64,000 bases of DNA from Candidatus Hermodarchaeota archaeon (GCA_048885925.1 JBHLLG010000007.1:1-64000), one strand, 5' to 3'; positions 11,501 through 22,103 are shown, counted from the stretch's first letter. The notes: generated by a model not told the origin, from the sequence alone. Numbers and translations are program-made.

Positions 11501-12446
11501 TCCATATTCCAAATAAACCTATTTTAATGGATATTGATGAATCATTTAGTGGGTTAGACCAAATCTTAGAAGAATTAATCCATGACGATTGAGGAACGGT
11601 AATTCTACCCCAAGACGTTCCTATTGATTCATTTAGATTAAATGCACCAATAGAATAAACTTTTACATTATTTATATAATATCTTAATTCAAAATCATTA
11701 AAGTCTGTAATCATATGATATAATCTCGCATCAAATTGTATTTTACTATCAATTATATTACCTCGTGGAACTTTGATTGTACTATTCCACCAACATCCAT
11801 CTTCCGCCTCATAATAATAAGTACCTCCTCCCTTATCTCCATTTATTCTTAATTCTAAGCAATCACGACCTTCGCTAAAAGGTGAAGAACTATTCAAGTA
11901 ATTCCCGCTGAAAGGATTTACGTATCCTGGACCATCAACTCCATAAAATGTCCAATTTTGGAAGGGATTATTTCTAATTATTGGAATTGCAGTACTATCA
12001 TCTTGAGATGGAGGTGGAGTCTGGTACCCATTATCAGATCCAAAGTTAAACGTTCCATTACACCAATTCCTATTATCGTATAAATTTTTTATAGTAGCGT
12101 TTAGTTTGTAACCTTCCCAACCGATCCCTAAAGGAATTTCTGCAATACCATTAGAACCATTCGTAAAACTAACATCTAAATTATAATCCGTTCGATTTGC
12201 CCAATGCGTTACATTCCAAGGTGCTCCTATACCATTATAAGTATTATCGGAATCCAAATTTTGATTCTTTAGATTTCTAATTTGAAAGTCTATATTATTA
12301 TCATCATTATGAATAGTTAAATCTACTTGTCGATTGATATTTAGATTCATTAAAAATAGATTTAATAAAGAAAGTATTAGAATCGCAACTATCATCAATA
12401 GAATTCTTTCTTTTCGAAGATTTTTTGAATTTATCATAAAAAACAC
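8505..12446 (-). CDS. Large single-pass surface protein with a beta-rich ectodomain and cytoplasmic longin-like + winged-helix tail
   Basis: N-terminal hydrophobic signal/anchor, Asn/Thr-rich ectodomain, TM YLLWIIIGILISIASVLGAL, tail IVIVHKLSGIPFFS...LFSGFIQAI. Confidence 0.75.
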   Translation of the reverse strand: MFFMINSKNLRKERILLMIVAILILSLLNLFLMNLNINRQVDLTIHNDDNNIDFQIRNLKNQNLDSDNTYNGIGAPWNVTHWANRTDYNLDVSFTNGSNGIAEIPLGIGWEGYKLNATIKNLYDNRNWCNGTFNFGSDNGYQTPPPSQDDSTAIPIIRNNPFQNWTFYGVDGPGYVNPFSGNYLNSSSPFSEGRDCLELRINGDKGGGTYYYEAEDGCWWNSTIKVPRGNIIDSKIQFDARLYHMITDFNDFELRYYINNVKVYSIGAFNLNESIGTSWGRITVPQSSWINSSKIWSNPLNDSSISIKIGLFGIWTGGYTGFLEGEYQQMFIDNVKLIIKAEAKPSGIRLKMNDLNVTDIDWGKGIVERNSNWSSTPVQANFTSADIWGLGSYNIELKTDLNFYARKGTPETNFETNTGSLGTSFSVNNNSMVNWECYSYFAVPTGYKEREMSLEFPTDVNITWVSEPQDPSINRLNLCDNSTQGLLIIPVDTISETPDGFWKFKALSPNYCEQITIYNNETGGWLQNNTFLSGDYINITGKITNSPLISGYIDQTKAQLYVRFPNGTIWTAQNQYKLLDTNGNIYFDYFQIPSLMPNYEVGEYEAIITWNNSYNPGLNETGVIYKKFTVIHQSKLIPDQTNFPDLFEGNIINIKVSFNDKVDNKAIRNAQVYVYDFMSEMQTFNEISPGYYLLEFNTTGGYAGDNIITIYANSSLYINNQVNVTIELIQATTLTAEEYPNIQVMWNENFTIHLNYTTKSSGMGISTIPTNNWIDSTYSVELSPGEYTIMCNTSAYEVNKFHSLIIYADAEGYESKNIIIGVLITNRQANVSVYIDSLKIQELDLVEKSFNDKLSVSVRISDTITKNYLPGEDLTLKCKDYLVNIPYSGDFWYNISLNCSPSIVTLGRNLIDISLEKDNYDLCIFPFQLFINQIEINIKPINFEDSLNAEIGQTINIQIKLLDPITNNSLENAHVSYSWEYGLGSLNETEPGFYQTFIKLPENLQGNYKFNIIITPENSTYQVTQYSFIVVIGEPITNGKGFPNYLLWIIIGILISIASVLGALSLRSYVILPHKRKKEAELLLKTQRFKDLNNIQAIVIVHKLSGIPFFSKSYSILEKHKKELFSGFIQAITTIGEEFTEREVVTLDETESEKTYGIEKIIELDFKQFYCLIADVEDIRVVFILKEKSSERLKSQVSHLLLALNLKLSKELENWDGSLDDFEILIPQILNEYFELYYKDSFKLPDDLNLIKLKKDKSITIMEIRVINVIQSMSKENTIPNLNNIIELVHEENKDLIIVAIESLIRKGLILPK

Positions 12447-12581
12447 ATTTGATGGTTAAAAATTTTAGAAAATGATCCTAGATGACTAAAAAAAATATAT
12501 TCTTATATTATAGGAATAAAATTTCATAAATTTAAATGATTGTTAAATTGATTTCAATGCAAAGTATCTAACTTTTATGTA

Positions 12582-13970
12582 TTATTCCTTAATATTTTTA
12601 GAATTATTCTTATGGTTTATATGAGCAACAAAAAATAAGCTACATCCTTCTATTAGTAAAAACGATATCAAGGAGAATATTTCTTGTTTAATATTTAAGA
12701 TATCATATATAATTAAAATTAAAAAAAAGGAAAATGTGAATATCATTCCGATTAATGGATAAATAATTTTACTGTTTGTCTGTTTCCGAACTTTAAAATT
12801 AGTAAAATTAATTATTAGAAATATCTGAGCAAAAATTAATCCAGCAACACCGGCTATTGCTAAAGCGCCTCCTGTTACAATTGTAAGGGCCGTACTCAAT
12901 ATTCCTATTATAATAATAGAAACGTAAGGGACTTTATTTTTACTAATCTTTGAAAGGGAATTAGGAAGTATACCATCTTTAGCCATCATATAAGTTAAAC
13001 GGGAAGACCCTAACAATGTTGCATTTAAGGCACTAGCAGTGGATAATAATGCCCCTATTATAATCATTGTCATTCCATAATTGCCTATAAAATTTAAAGC
13101 TGCTAAAGCAATCGCTACTTCAGCATCACGAGCATGTTCACCAATTAATTCAGATACACCTAAAACTGCTACTGCTGTAAAAGCAACAAAACAATAAATA
13201 ATCATAGAAATAATAAGTGACCATCTCATCATTTTCAAACCTCCTTCTCTATCTTCCATTTCATAGGCGCCATATGCTATTAATTGAAAACCTTGATAAG
13301 AAACAATTATTAAAGAACTTCCTAATATTATACCAGCAAAATTGATATTACTAAATGATTCTAAATTAAAGCCTACATTGGCTATTAATTGAATAGGATT
13401 TTTGAGGGCAAATCTAATCCCAAATATAGAGAATATGATTAAAATGATGACTTTAATTAAAACAAATAAATTTTGTACTCTAGAAGATTCTTTTACTCCT
13501 TTTAAATTTACAAAAATAAAAAAAGTAAACAAAAAGCTAATTATTAGAGTAATTGAAAAAAAATTAGGTCTAATATTAAATAATAAAAGAAAGTAAACAC
13601 TAAATGTATATGAATAAAGCGCCATACTGGCAACATAGCCGAAAATCAATAAAATTCCAATGAAAGGACCTAAATTCTGAAATTTACTTCCAACCAGAGC
13701 ACCTTGAACACAGGTATATTCACCACCAGGATTACACCATTTAGAAGTCAACTTCTGATATGAATAAACAGTGAATAATGCAATGATACCTGTGATTAAA
13801 TAAGATATATATGAATAAGAACCAGTAAAATTAGATATTACGCCTATTACACTAAAAATACCTCCTCCAATAAGCCCTCCTATTCCTATCATCAAACAAC
13901 TGAATTTACTGAGATGTTTATGAAATAATGACTCATCGATATTTTCTACTTCTAATTGAGGTTTTAGCAT
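12582..13970 (-). CDS. APC-family amino acid permease
   Basis: IGGLIGGGIF (TM1), PGGEY, SYQGFQ, SRLTYMMAKDGILP; about 12 TM segments. Confidence 0.92.
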   Translation of the reverse strand: MLKPQLEVENIDESLFHKHLSKFSCLMIGIGGLIGGGIFSVIGVISNFTGSYSYISYLITGIIALFTVYSYQKLTSKWCNPGGEYTCVQGALVGSKFQNLGPFIGILLIFGYVASMALYSYTFSVYFLLLFNIRPNFFSITLIISFLFTFFIFVNLKGVKESSRVQNLFVLIKVIILIIFSIFGIRFALKNPIQLIANVGFNLESFSNINFAGIILGSSLIIVSYQGFQLIAYGAYEMEDREGGLKMMRWSLIISMIIYCFVAFTAVAVLGVSELIGEHARDAEVAIALAALNFIGNYGMTMIIIGALLSTASALNATLLGSSRLTYMMAKDGILPNSLSKISKNKVPYVSIIIIGILSTALTIVTGGALAIAGVAGLIFAQIFLIINFTNFKVRKQTNSKIIYPLIGMIFTFSFFLILIIYDILNIKQEIFSLISFLLIEGCSLFFVAHINHKNNSKNIKE

Positions 13971-14173
13971 AATAAGGTTATCTCCTTACTCAGCTTTACT
14001 TTTTTATTAAATAGTGTATCAGAATTTAAATAAATTTCCATAAAAATATATAAATAATATTTAAACTTTTCTCTTTTTTACTTAGTAATATAAAATGAGA
14101 ATTTAATTAAATAACCTTATTTTTCAAAAGATTTAAAAGTGAATTGATATAAACACTGAACTTATATATTTCA

Positions 14174-14488
14174 TTAATTAGGTAAAAATTCATCCTTTAG
14201 TTCTTTCATTAATAACTTTTTATCAATTTCGGGGATATGAATAGAATTAATTCCACGATTATTATAAATATCAGGGGGGACATTCTCAAACAAAGAGAGT
14301 AATAGAATAAGAGCATTTGTAACCAACGGTCGATTCTGGGTCCGTTCGAGTAGATTCATAAGTTTAATTATTGATTGATTTTTCCAAATTTCTTTCTTCT
14401 CTCGACTAACACTCTCATTTTGAAAACAATTAATTATTTTCAAATATAAATCTAACTCTAAATCTTCGCTATTCTTGTTAATTTTCAT
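14174..14488 (-). CDS. Hypothetical protein
   Basis: 104-aa ORF, no motif. Confidence 0.55.
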   Translation of the reverse strand: MKINKNSEDLELDLYLKIINCFQNESVSREKKEIWKNQSIIKLMNLLERTQNRPLVTNALILLLSLFENVPPDIYNNRGINSIHIPEIDKKLLMKELKDEFLPN

Positions 14489-14916
14489 CTTTTATTAGTT
14501 TATTCTTATACTCTAAATATTTAAACTTAAAACTTAATTTTAAACCCAGTCATTTTATTAATTTTTTGCGAGGTTATTCCATACAAATCAACTTAATTAC
14601 GATTTATATCTATTTATTCCATATTTTTATTATTTATATCTGTTAAATTCAATGAAATTGTTTTGTGTGTAAAAAAATTTATGATCTCTAAAATATTAAT
14701 TTTTTACATATTTTATTTTTTAATATGATATATAGATATCATTTTAATTTGTCAAATCAAGAATTCTGTGAAATATTTCGACAATATTGAGCTTTAGCAA
14801 TTGAATATAAATAAAAAAGGTAAATTTAATAATTTCTTTTTTTTCTTTAAAACTTAAGCGTTTCTTAAGAGAAGTGTTTAATATCAACGAAAATAAGTAA
14901 AACTTATTTTAATGTG

Positions 14917-15054
14917 TGGGGTGAATATAGGATTTTTTTTAAGGAATTTTGTGTTTTCCTGTTTTTAGTATTGAATGTACTTACTTATTAGCATAATGCC
15001 TTTATTAGCTTATTCGGTACATTGTATATACGAATTATTCTATATTTCACCCCA
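14917..15054. other. Long-range inverted repeat / candidate structured RNA, overlapping a possible 32-aa minus-strand ORF (14988-15086)
   Basis: TGGGGTGAATATAG (14917-14930) pairs with CTATATTTCACCCCA (15040-15054) with one bulge; internal stems AGGAA/TTCCT and AATGTAC/GTACATT. Confidence 0.4.
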
Positions 15055-15373
15055 TTTTTAATAAAAGGTGTTTTTTTATGATGCATTGAAAATATAAGAC
15101 AAATCTGTATATAAAAGTTATCTTTTTATAATTCTATAAAAAGTATGTCTAGAATCATGTTTGAGTCTACTAAAGAAAATTTATCTATTTTTAATTCAAA
15201 AAAAATCATTAATTTCAATAATTTACATTTTGAAAAAAGTTATAAAATATAGATATCTCTATAATAGAATTTGTAATACAATATTATTCAGTTAAAATAC
15301 AATAAAGTTGTAAAGATTCTTAAATAATAATTAAAATTAATAAATTCGCTCTTTCTCTTTCTTTTTATTAGCT

Positions 15374-15661
15374 CTATATTATTGGGGGTTTTAAATCTTT
15401 CCGTGGTGGTCTTTCATCAAAATGTTTATCACTATACCATGCATAAATTCCTAAACCAAGCAGAAAAAAAGAATAAGCCAACCAACAAATCCAAAATGAT
15501 AAACCAGTAATAAACATGATCTTATTTTTGAGCAAATTAAGTATGGCGGCGAAACTAATAGAAACTAAGGCTATTAATGCTGAGATAATGCCTAAAATTA
15601 TATCCATATAAATTTGACGTCTTTCTTTTTTTATTCGATCTTTTCCCTTTGCTAGAGCCAT
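15374..15661 (-). CDS. Small two-TM membrane protein
   Basis: Two hydrophobic helices with charged termini. Confidence 0.6.
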   Translation of the reverse strand: MALAKGKDRIKKERRQIYMDIILGIISALIALVSISFAAILNLLKNKIMFITGLSFWICWLAYSFFLLGLGIYAWYSDKHFDERPPRKDLKPPII

Positions 15662-15717
15662 TTGACTAATATAAATATTGAAATTTCAATATTTAATTGT
15701 ATTGTGATATTAAGATA

Positions 15718-16902
15718 TTAGTTTAAAAAATCTTCTAGCAAATTATATACAGTTTCTAAAATCTCTGTATTTGGCAAAAATGTAAACCTTATATGATCAT
15801 TTCCATAATCTCCAAATCCAGAACCATATACTCCACATATTCCAGTGGTTTTAAGTAGATCTATCGTAAGATCTTTATCATTTTTCCATTTATTAAATTC
15901 ATTAAAATCAAATTTGGGGAATAAATAAAAAGCACCAGTAGGCTTAACACATGTTATTCCTTCTATCTTCCTTAATCTATCATAGGAATAATCTCTACGT
16001 TCTTTTAATTTATTTACCATTTCTTTAGTATGCGTTCCAGGATTTTTCAATATTTCAATTGCGGCATATTGTGCTATTGAACTCGCTGATAATCTTGCAC
16101 GTGCCATTTTAGCAATTCCTTCTTTTAATTCTTTTAATTTATTTTCAGGGTCGTGATAATAGAGATAGCCTAATCTCCAACCAGTGGCTAAATGAGACTT
16201 TGAAAATCCATTCAATCCGATGACTGGTACATCTTTGCTTAGACATGCTGGGCAAGTAAAAGGTTTTTCATATACAATTTGATCATAAATTTCATCTGAA
16301 AAAATAGGAAGATTGAATTCACCAGCAATATTTATTATTTCTTTTATTTTTTTTTCACTATACATTAACCCTGTAGGATTGTTTGGAGAACATATTAAGA
16401 TTGCTTTTGTCTTATTAGTTATTTTTTTCCTTAAATCATCAATATTAGGTTCCCAATCATCATTCTCATCTAATTCATATTCTACTGGTAATCCATCAAA
16501 GAATTTTGCGTAATTTATATATAATGGATAACTTGGTCCTGGGATAAGAATTTCATTTTTATTTTCGATAAGCGCTGCCAGTAGAAAAAATATTGCTTCA
16601 GTAACTCCTGATGTAACTAAAAAATTATCAGCACTAATATTAAGATTATAAGTTTGCATTAAAGACTTGCTCAATTGTTCCCTTAGTTCTGGAGCACCTA
16701 AGGAATCCACATAAAAATTTTTTCCACTAAATGAAGCGTCCGCCAAAGCTTGTGAAATGTATTTTGGGGTATGAAAATCATATATGACAGGATCCCCGAT
16801 ATTTAAATGATATATTTTTTTTCCGCTCTTGGCAACTTCATTTGCTACTGCAGCAATTTCACGAATTGCGTAAGAAATTGATTTAATCCTTTCTGAAATC
16901 AT
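15718..16902 (-). CDS. PLP-dependent class I/II aminotransferase (alanine aminotransferase-like)
   Basis: LNIGDP, SPNNPTG, SDEIYD, NGFSKSHLATGWRLGY (PLP Lys). Confidence 0.93.
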   Translation of the reverse strand: MISERIKSISYAIREIAAVANEVAKSGKKIYHLNIGDPVIYDFHTPKYISQALADASFSGKNFYVDSLGAPELREQLSKSLMQTYNLNISADNFLVTSGVTEAIFFLLAALIENKNEILIPGPSYPLYINYAKFFDGLPVEYELDENDDWEPNIDDLRKKITNKTKAILICSPNNPTGLMYSEKKIKEIINIAGEFNLPIFSDEIYDQIVYEKPFTCPACLSKDVPVIGLNGFSKSHLATGWRLGYLYYHDPENKLKELKEGIAKMARARLSASSIAQYAAIEILKNPGTHTKEMVNKLKERRDYSYDRLRKIEGITCVKPTGAFYLFPKFDFNEFNKWKNDKDLTIDLLKTTGICGVYGSGFGDYGNDHIRFTFLPNTEILETVYNLLEDFLN

Positions 16903-17085
16903 TTTAATTCACTTTTAATAGAATTGAATAAATATTCTAAGTAAATTGCTTTTTTTTTTAAAAATATTATAAAATTAAATAATTTTGCTGATTAGAAAAG
17001 AATAATTAAATTTATATTTTAAAAAATTAAATCTTCTCTATATTTACTATAAATAAATATTAATCTAAAAAAGTGTGACCGAAAA

Positions 17086-17460
17086 ATGATTCTTCAAGGA
17101 TGGTGGACATTAGGTTTAGGCTTAGTTGAGCTTTTAATATTTATTATTCTAATTATAGTTATATCACTGCTGATTAATGCATTATTCTTAAAAATAGCAT
17201 TATCTGTTGTAAAAAGCGCAAGACACACTGATTTTGGAGAAGTCTTTGTAACTGCCTTAATTATAGCATTGGTGGGTTGGATTCCTTGTTTAGGATGTAT
17301 TTTATCGTGGGTAATTATAAATTCTCGACATGAAACAGGATTTGGCATGGCAATTGTAGTTTGGATTATAGCAATATTGGTCGGATTAATTATAACGGTG
17401 CTTCTTGTTATCTTTATTATTGGAATCATTGGTATAACAGTTACAATACCATTTATTTAA
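17086..17460 (+). CDS. Small multi-pass membrane protein
   Basis: Highly hydrophobic 124-aa ORF; GTGTGA SD-like sequence upstream. Confidence 0.65.
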   Translation: MILQGWWTLGLGLVELLIFIILIIVISLLINALFLKIALSVVKSARHTDFGEVFVTALIIALVGWIPCLGCILSWVIINSRHETGFGMAIVVWIIAILVGLIITVLLVIFIIGIIGITVTIPFI

Positions 17461-17510
17461 AGAAATAATTTTTTTTTACTTTTCATTTTTAAGCAACTAG
17501 AAATATGATT

Positions 17511-18092
17511 TTAATCCACAGAATTATTTCTATTATGAATTTTAAATAAATTTGGTAAATTATTAATTTCACAATACTCAAAAAGTGCCTTAAATCCTGG
17601 ACAGTTCTCCCAATCAAATGAAAATTCACACTTTTTACATGTTCTATAAAAACTATATGCGTGGTATGCATTTACTAATGATAATAAAATACCAAATATG
17701 AAAAAAAATAAAACGAAATTAATAATAAAAGGATTTGGAAAAGTAAATATCCACCAAAAAATGAATGCTCCACCAAGATTAAATAGAATCTTTTGAATCA
17801 TTTTTATAATTCTTTTTCTAGCTAGTTTTAGAGGACTTAAGAGAAATGAAGCCATTAATGCTACACCGAATGAAAAGAGTACTGTTGGGTTTAAACTTAC
17901 AATGGAGTTTATAAAATAGAGGATAAAAACTCCAAGAATTGCAATAGGATATCCTATAAAACATCCTATACATAATTTGTATTTTCCTAAATTAAAGACA
18001 TGTTCGCTAAAACTTTCACAACTTGGATGATGAGATAATAAAATAGGTTTTAGACTTTTATAATATAACTTTAATCTTGTTAATATGCTCAT
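17511..18092 (-). CDS. Cys/His-rich membrane protein (DUF2085-like)
   Basis: SHHPSC, LCIGCFIG, CKKC...WENCPGF; 4 TM segments. Confidence 0.65.
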   Translation of the reverse strand: MSILTRLKLYYKSLKPILLSHHPSCESFSEHVFNLGKYKLCIGCFIGYPIAILGVFILYFINSIVSLNPTVLFSFGVALMASFLLSPLKLARKRIIKMIQKILFNLGGAFIFWWIFTFPNPFIINFVLFFFIFGILLSLVNAYHAYSFYRTCKKCEFSFDWENCPGFKALFEYCEINNLPNLFKIHNRNNSVD

Positions 18093-18206
18093 TTCTTATA
18101 ATAACACAATTGAATAATTTATCTTGATATGATAATTATTTATAAAATCCCTTATAGTTTACAGATAAAATCTAAATTTCAAAATTAAAATTAATGAAAA
18201 AATTTA

Positions 18207-19268
18207 TTATAACAATAAATCCCAATCAATTTCTTTTTCAATTAATTCTAAGACTTTTTCCATTTCATCTTCTTGAATTCCAGGTTTTAACCGTTCTAAA
18301 TTTCTCATTGTAGTGTAAGTATCGGAGGGACTTAATATTATTGGAATACCCTTTTTATTAGCTAATGTAATTACACTCATATCAGGTTGAATAAAACCAG
18401 TTAATATTAGTGTAGAAACATTTTGATCTAATGCAGCCATTGCTAGATCTGTTCTGTCGCCTCCTGTTATAAACGCTGCTTTTTTTACTTGTCTTAAATA
18501 TTTTAGTGCTGATTGGGCATTCATTGCACCTATTAAGTAAGTTTCTACAAGATTATTTAGTCCTGTTGATGCCGGTTCGTTAATTAATTCTCCTCCTATT
18601 TGTTCCATTAACTCATTTACCCTAGGAGAAAATAATTCAATACTCTTTTCTACTATTCCTAAAACGGGAATATTATATCTACTAATGTGGTCCTTTGTAA
18701 GTTCTTTTATCCTTGCAATATACTCAAAATCAATTTTATTAAAAAGAATGCCTAAAATACTCTTTTTACGGAATTCGAAATAGTTTTTCGTGAAAAATAT
18801 GTTGTCTATTGCTCGATCTGACGATTCTATTGATACATATATTAATTCGTTTATACCTAACAATTCTGCTATACTAACGTCATCAACCCCTATTCTAATG
18901 AATTTCCTAATACTAGGATTACCTTCAATAACAACATAATCAACGTCTTTAGTAATTTTAACATATGCTTTTTGTATTTTTTGTAAAAAATCTTCTTTTT
19001 TACTAGCATCAACTAGATCAACATAATAAGCATCAGGAATTGATACAGGAGATATGAAATCATATGGATGATCTGTACGATAAACTGTATTCAAAATAAA
19101 ACCCACATCGGGGTCAGCTTTATTTGTAAAAGCACTTTTTGGGACACCAATAGGTTTAAAGTAAGCAAATTTTTTTCCTTCTTTTTTTAGCTTTTGTATA
19201 AAACCTATCGAAAGAAAACTCTTTCCTGCTCGTTCTTGTAATGAACATAAATAAAATGGTTTTACCAT
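18207..19268 (-). CDS. BioD-like P-loop + DRTGG domain protein (phosphotransacetylase N-terminal-like)
   Basis: AGKS, YFKPIG, VVIEG, ITGGDRTD, LILTG; adjacent to the acyl-CoA ligase gene. Confidence 0.88.
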   Translation of the reverse strand: MVKPFYLCSLQERAGKSFLSIGFIQKLKKEGKKFAYFKPIGVPKSAFTNKADPDVGFILNTVYRTDHPYDFISPVSIPDAYYVDLVDASKKEDFLQKIQKAYVKITKDVDYVVIEGNPSIRKFIRIGVDDVSIAELLGINELIYVSIESSDRAIDNIFFTKNYFEFRKKSILGILFNKIDFEYIARIKELTKDHISRYNIPVLGIVEKSIELFSPRVNELMEQIGGELINEPASTGLNNLVETYLIGAMNAQSALKYLRQVKKAAFITGGDRTDLAMAALDQNVSTLILTGFIQPDMSVITLANKKGIPIILSPSDTYTTMRNLERLKPGIQEDEMEKVLELIEKEIDWDLLL

Positions 19269-19326
19269 ACTTTTTCCTCTTTATATTTATTTTTAATTTA
19301 ATTTTTATTTTCTTATTAGTTATTTT

Positions 19327-21477
19327 TTATCTTTTTATTGTGATTTTAATATCTACAGCACTATATCCTTTAATGAAAGCAAGAAGCGGATTAATATCTA
19401 ACTCTACAATGTCAGGGAAGTCGTTTACTAACTGTGAAAGTCTTAGCAATACGTCAATAATGGATTCAATATCAGATGCTGGTTCTCCTCTAACACCCTG
19501 AAGTAGACTATTAATTTTTGTGCTTTCAATTAATTTCTTTGCCTCTTCCTTTGTAAACTTATATGATAAAGTAAAAGCAACATCTTGAATGAAATTTGCA
19601 TAAATTCCTCCACTTCCAAACATAATTAAAGGTCCAAATTGAGGGTCTCTTGACATACCTATAATTATTTCATTAACTTTTGACTCAGCTTTAAAATCGA
19701 TCATTTCCTGGACTTCTACTCCATATATTTTTGCATTTTGAGGTCCATATTTTTTAGCATTATTGACAATTTGGATATATGCTTCGAAAGCACTTTGTTC
19801 AGTTTCTATATTTAAAAGAATTCCTCCAACATCGGTTTTGTGTATAATTTGTGGGCTGACAATCTTCATTACTGACTTTCCAATTTCAGATTGTAATTCC
19901 ATTGCTTGCTTAGGAGTTTGTGCTAATCGTGATTTTGGAGACTTTATACCATAACAGTCAAACACTTCACTTGTTTCATAACTCAACAATACTGTTCTAT
20001 TATCTATTCTAACATCATGAAAAATTTCCCTTACTCTTTCTTTATTTACCTTAAATGAAGGAATTATTAATTCATCTATGGGAGGTCGTTTCAGTAATTG
20101 CCGCCTTTTTACTAAGGTTTTTAATGAATGAGCAGCACGATCAGGAAAATTATAACATGGAATGCGATGTTGCCTTAAATATTCCTTCCCTTCTGCTATA
20201 TTCTTTCCTCCAATAAAAGAACATATTAGAGGTTTGTCTTTTAAATGATTATTAAAAATATCATAGATTATTTTTGCTACTTCAAAGGGTTGGGTTTGTG
20301 CTTGAGGTGTTACGATAATTAAAGCACCGTGAGTTGTGACATCATTCATTTTTTGTCTAGAATTTAAACCAAATACAGTTTTGATTGTAAATTCATATCG
20401 ATCAGGAGTTGCATCTCCAATAATATCTACCGGATTAAAAATAGCAGCTTCTAATGGTAATTTTTCTCTTAATTCATGAAGAATTGTCTCTGAAAAATTA
20501 GCAAATTTTAACTTTTCACGCTCAAATGCGTCAGTAGCAACAATTCCAGGTCCTCCAGCATTAGTTATTATTGCAAATGAATTCTCCAAAGGGACAGGCT
20601 GAAATAGAAATATCTCACCATAATCAAATAAATCTTCGATCGTTTTAGCCCTAATTACTCCACATTTTTCAAATGCTAAATCGTAAGCAATATCCGCACC
20701 AGCTAATGCTCCAGTATGACTTGAAGCCGCTCTCGCTCCAGCTTCACTTACTCCAGATTTTAATATTATTATCGGCTTTTTACGCGTTGCTTTTGGTAAA
20801 ATTTCTAAAAATCGATTTCCATCTTTAATACTTTCTAAATAACATAGAATTACTTTCGTATTATTATCATTAGCAAGATATTCTATAAAATCTACGGCAC
20901 CTAAATCTGCTTTATTTCCCAAACTTATATTACATGAGAATCCAAAGGCTTGGGTCATGGAATAATCCATCATCCCTGTAAGCATAGCTCCTGATTGGGA
21001 AATCATTGCGATTTCTCCTTTTTTTGGAGTTTCTGCCGCAAATGAACCATTATAGTTGAGACCTATTAAGCCTAAGCAATTTGGCCCCAATATTCTCATT
21101 TTATATTTTTTACCAATTTCTATGAGTTCTTCTTCTCGTTTAACCCCCTCCCCACCAATTTCCTTAAATCCTGCCGAAATAATAATTAATCCTTTTACAC
21201 CTTTTTTCCCACATTCTTCTGCGGCAGCATTTACTAATTTACCAGGAATAACAAAAATAGCTATATCGATATCTTCCAGTACATCTAAAACATTTTTATA
21301 GCAAGGTAGATCGCATGCTTGTTCAGCTCTAGGATTTATCGGATAAATTTTACCTTTATATCCAGAGTTTATAATATTATTTAAAACGGTATTACCTACC
21401 TTTCCTTTTGTGGGACTAGCACCAATTATAGCAATACTTTTCGGATTGAAAAAAAAAGAGATATCGTTTTTTTCCAT
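19327..21477 (-). CDS. acdAB: ADP-forming acetate/acyl-CoA ligase, fused alpha-beta subunits
   Basis: FFNPKSIAIIGAS, GPNCLG, SQSG, ASSHTGALAG (phospho-His), NPVD, HKTDVGG, ELDINP. Confidence 0.93.
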   Translation of the reverse strand: MEKNDISFFFNPKSIAIIGASPTKGKVGNTVLNNIINSGYKGKIYPINPRAEQACDLPCYKNVLDVLEDIDIAIFVIPGKLVNAAAEECGKKGVKGLIIISAGFKEIGGEGVKREEELIEIGKKYKMRILGPNCLGLIGLNYNGSFAAETPKKGEIAMISQSGAMLTGMMDYSMTQAFGFSCNISLGNKADLGAVDFIEYLANDNNTKVILCYLESIKDGNRFLEILPKATRKKPIIILKSGVSEAGARAASSHTGALAGADIAYDLAFEKCGVIRAKTIEDLFDYGEIFLFQPVPLENSFAIITNAGGPGIVATDAFEREKLKFANFSETILHELREKLPLEAAIFNPVDIIGDATPDRYEFTIKTVFGLNSRQKMNDVTTHGALIIVTPQAQTQPFEVAKIIYDIFNNHLKDKPLICSFIGGKNIAEGKEYLRQHRIPCYNFPDRAAHSLKTLVKRRQLLKRPPIDELIIPSFKVNKERVREIFHDVRIDNRTVLLSYETSEVFDCYGIKSPKSRLAQTPKQAMELQSEIGKSVMKIVSPQIIHKTDVGGILLNIETEQSAFEAYIQIVNNAKKYGPQNAKIYGVEVQEMIDFKAESKVNEIIIGMSRDPQFGPLIMFGSGGIYANFIQDVAFTLSYKFTKEEAKKLIESTKINSLLQGVRGEPASDIESIIDVLLRLSQLVNDFPDIVELDINPLLAFIKGYSAVDIKITIKR

Positions 21478-21626
21478 TTTTGTATTCGAATTAAGGTATT
21501 ATCTACAAGTTCTATAAAAATTCTATTATTGTATTTACTTTTAAATTTTTCATTCATTAAAAATAAATCTTAAACAAATAACTTCAAAAACATAATTATT
21601 ATAAAGATTTCAACTTTTCTTCTTGT

Positions 21627-22103
21627 ATGACGAAAGCAATTATAGTAACGAATAAAGGCGAGATAAATCTAAATTTGTTTGACAATGATGCACCTATGAC
21701 CGTAGCAAGTTTCAAATTTTTAGCAAATCAAGGTTTCTATAACGGTATTATATTCCATCGTGTAATTAATGACTTCATGATTCAAGTTGGTTGTCCTTTA
21801 GGTCGAGGGACAGGTGGACCGAGAGATAAAGGCATCAATTCATTTCCTTATCAAGGCCGACAAATTAGTTATCCATTTAAAGATGAATTTCAAAGTGGAA
21901 GAAAATTTAACAAGCCAGGAATATTAGCTATGGCTAACGCAGGCGCAAATACGAATGGATCTCAAATCTTCATAACTCATGTACCAACACCTTGGTTGAA
22001 TAATAAACATACTATTTTTGGAGAGATATTAAGTCCTTCAGACCAAGATGTGGTTAATTCAATAATTCAAGGAGATAAAATCATTGAAATAAAAATTATC
22101 TAA
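21627..22103 (+). CDS. ppiA: Cyclophilin-type peptidyl-prolyl isomerase
   Basis: FHRVINDFMIQ, LAMANAGANTNGSQIFIT, WLNNKHTIFG. Confidence 0.95.
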   Translation: MTKAIIVTNKGEINLNLFDNDAPMTVASFKFLANQGFYNGIIFHRVINDFMIQVGCPLGRGTGGPRDKGINSFPYQGRQISYPFKDEFQSGRKFNKPGILAMANAGANTNGSQIFITHVPTPWLNNKHTIFGEILSPSDQDVVNSIIQGDKIIEIKII

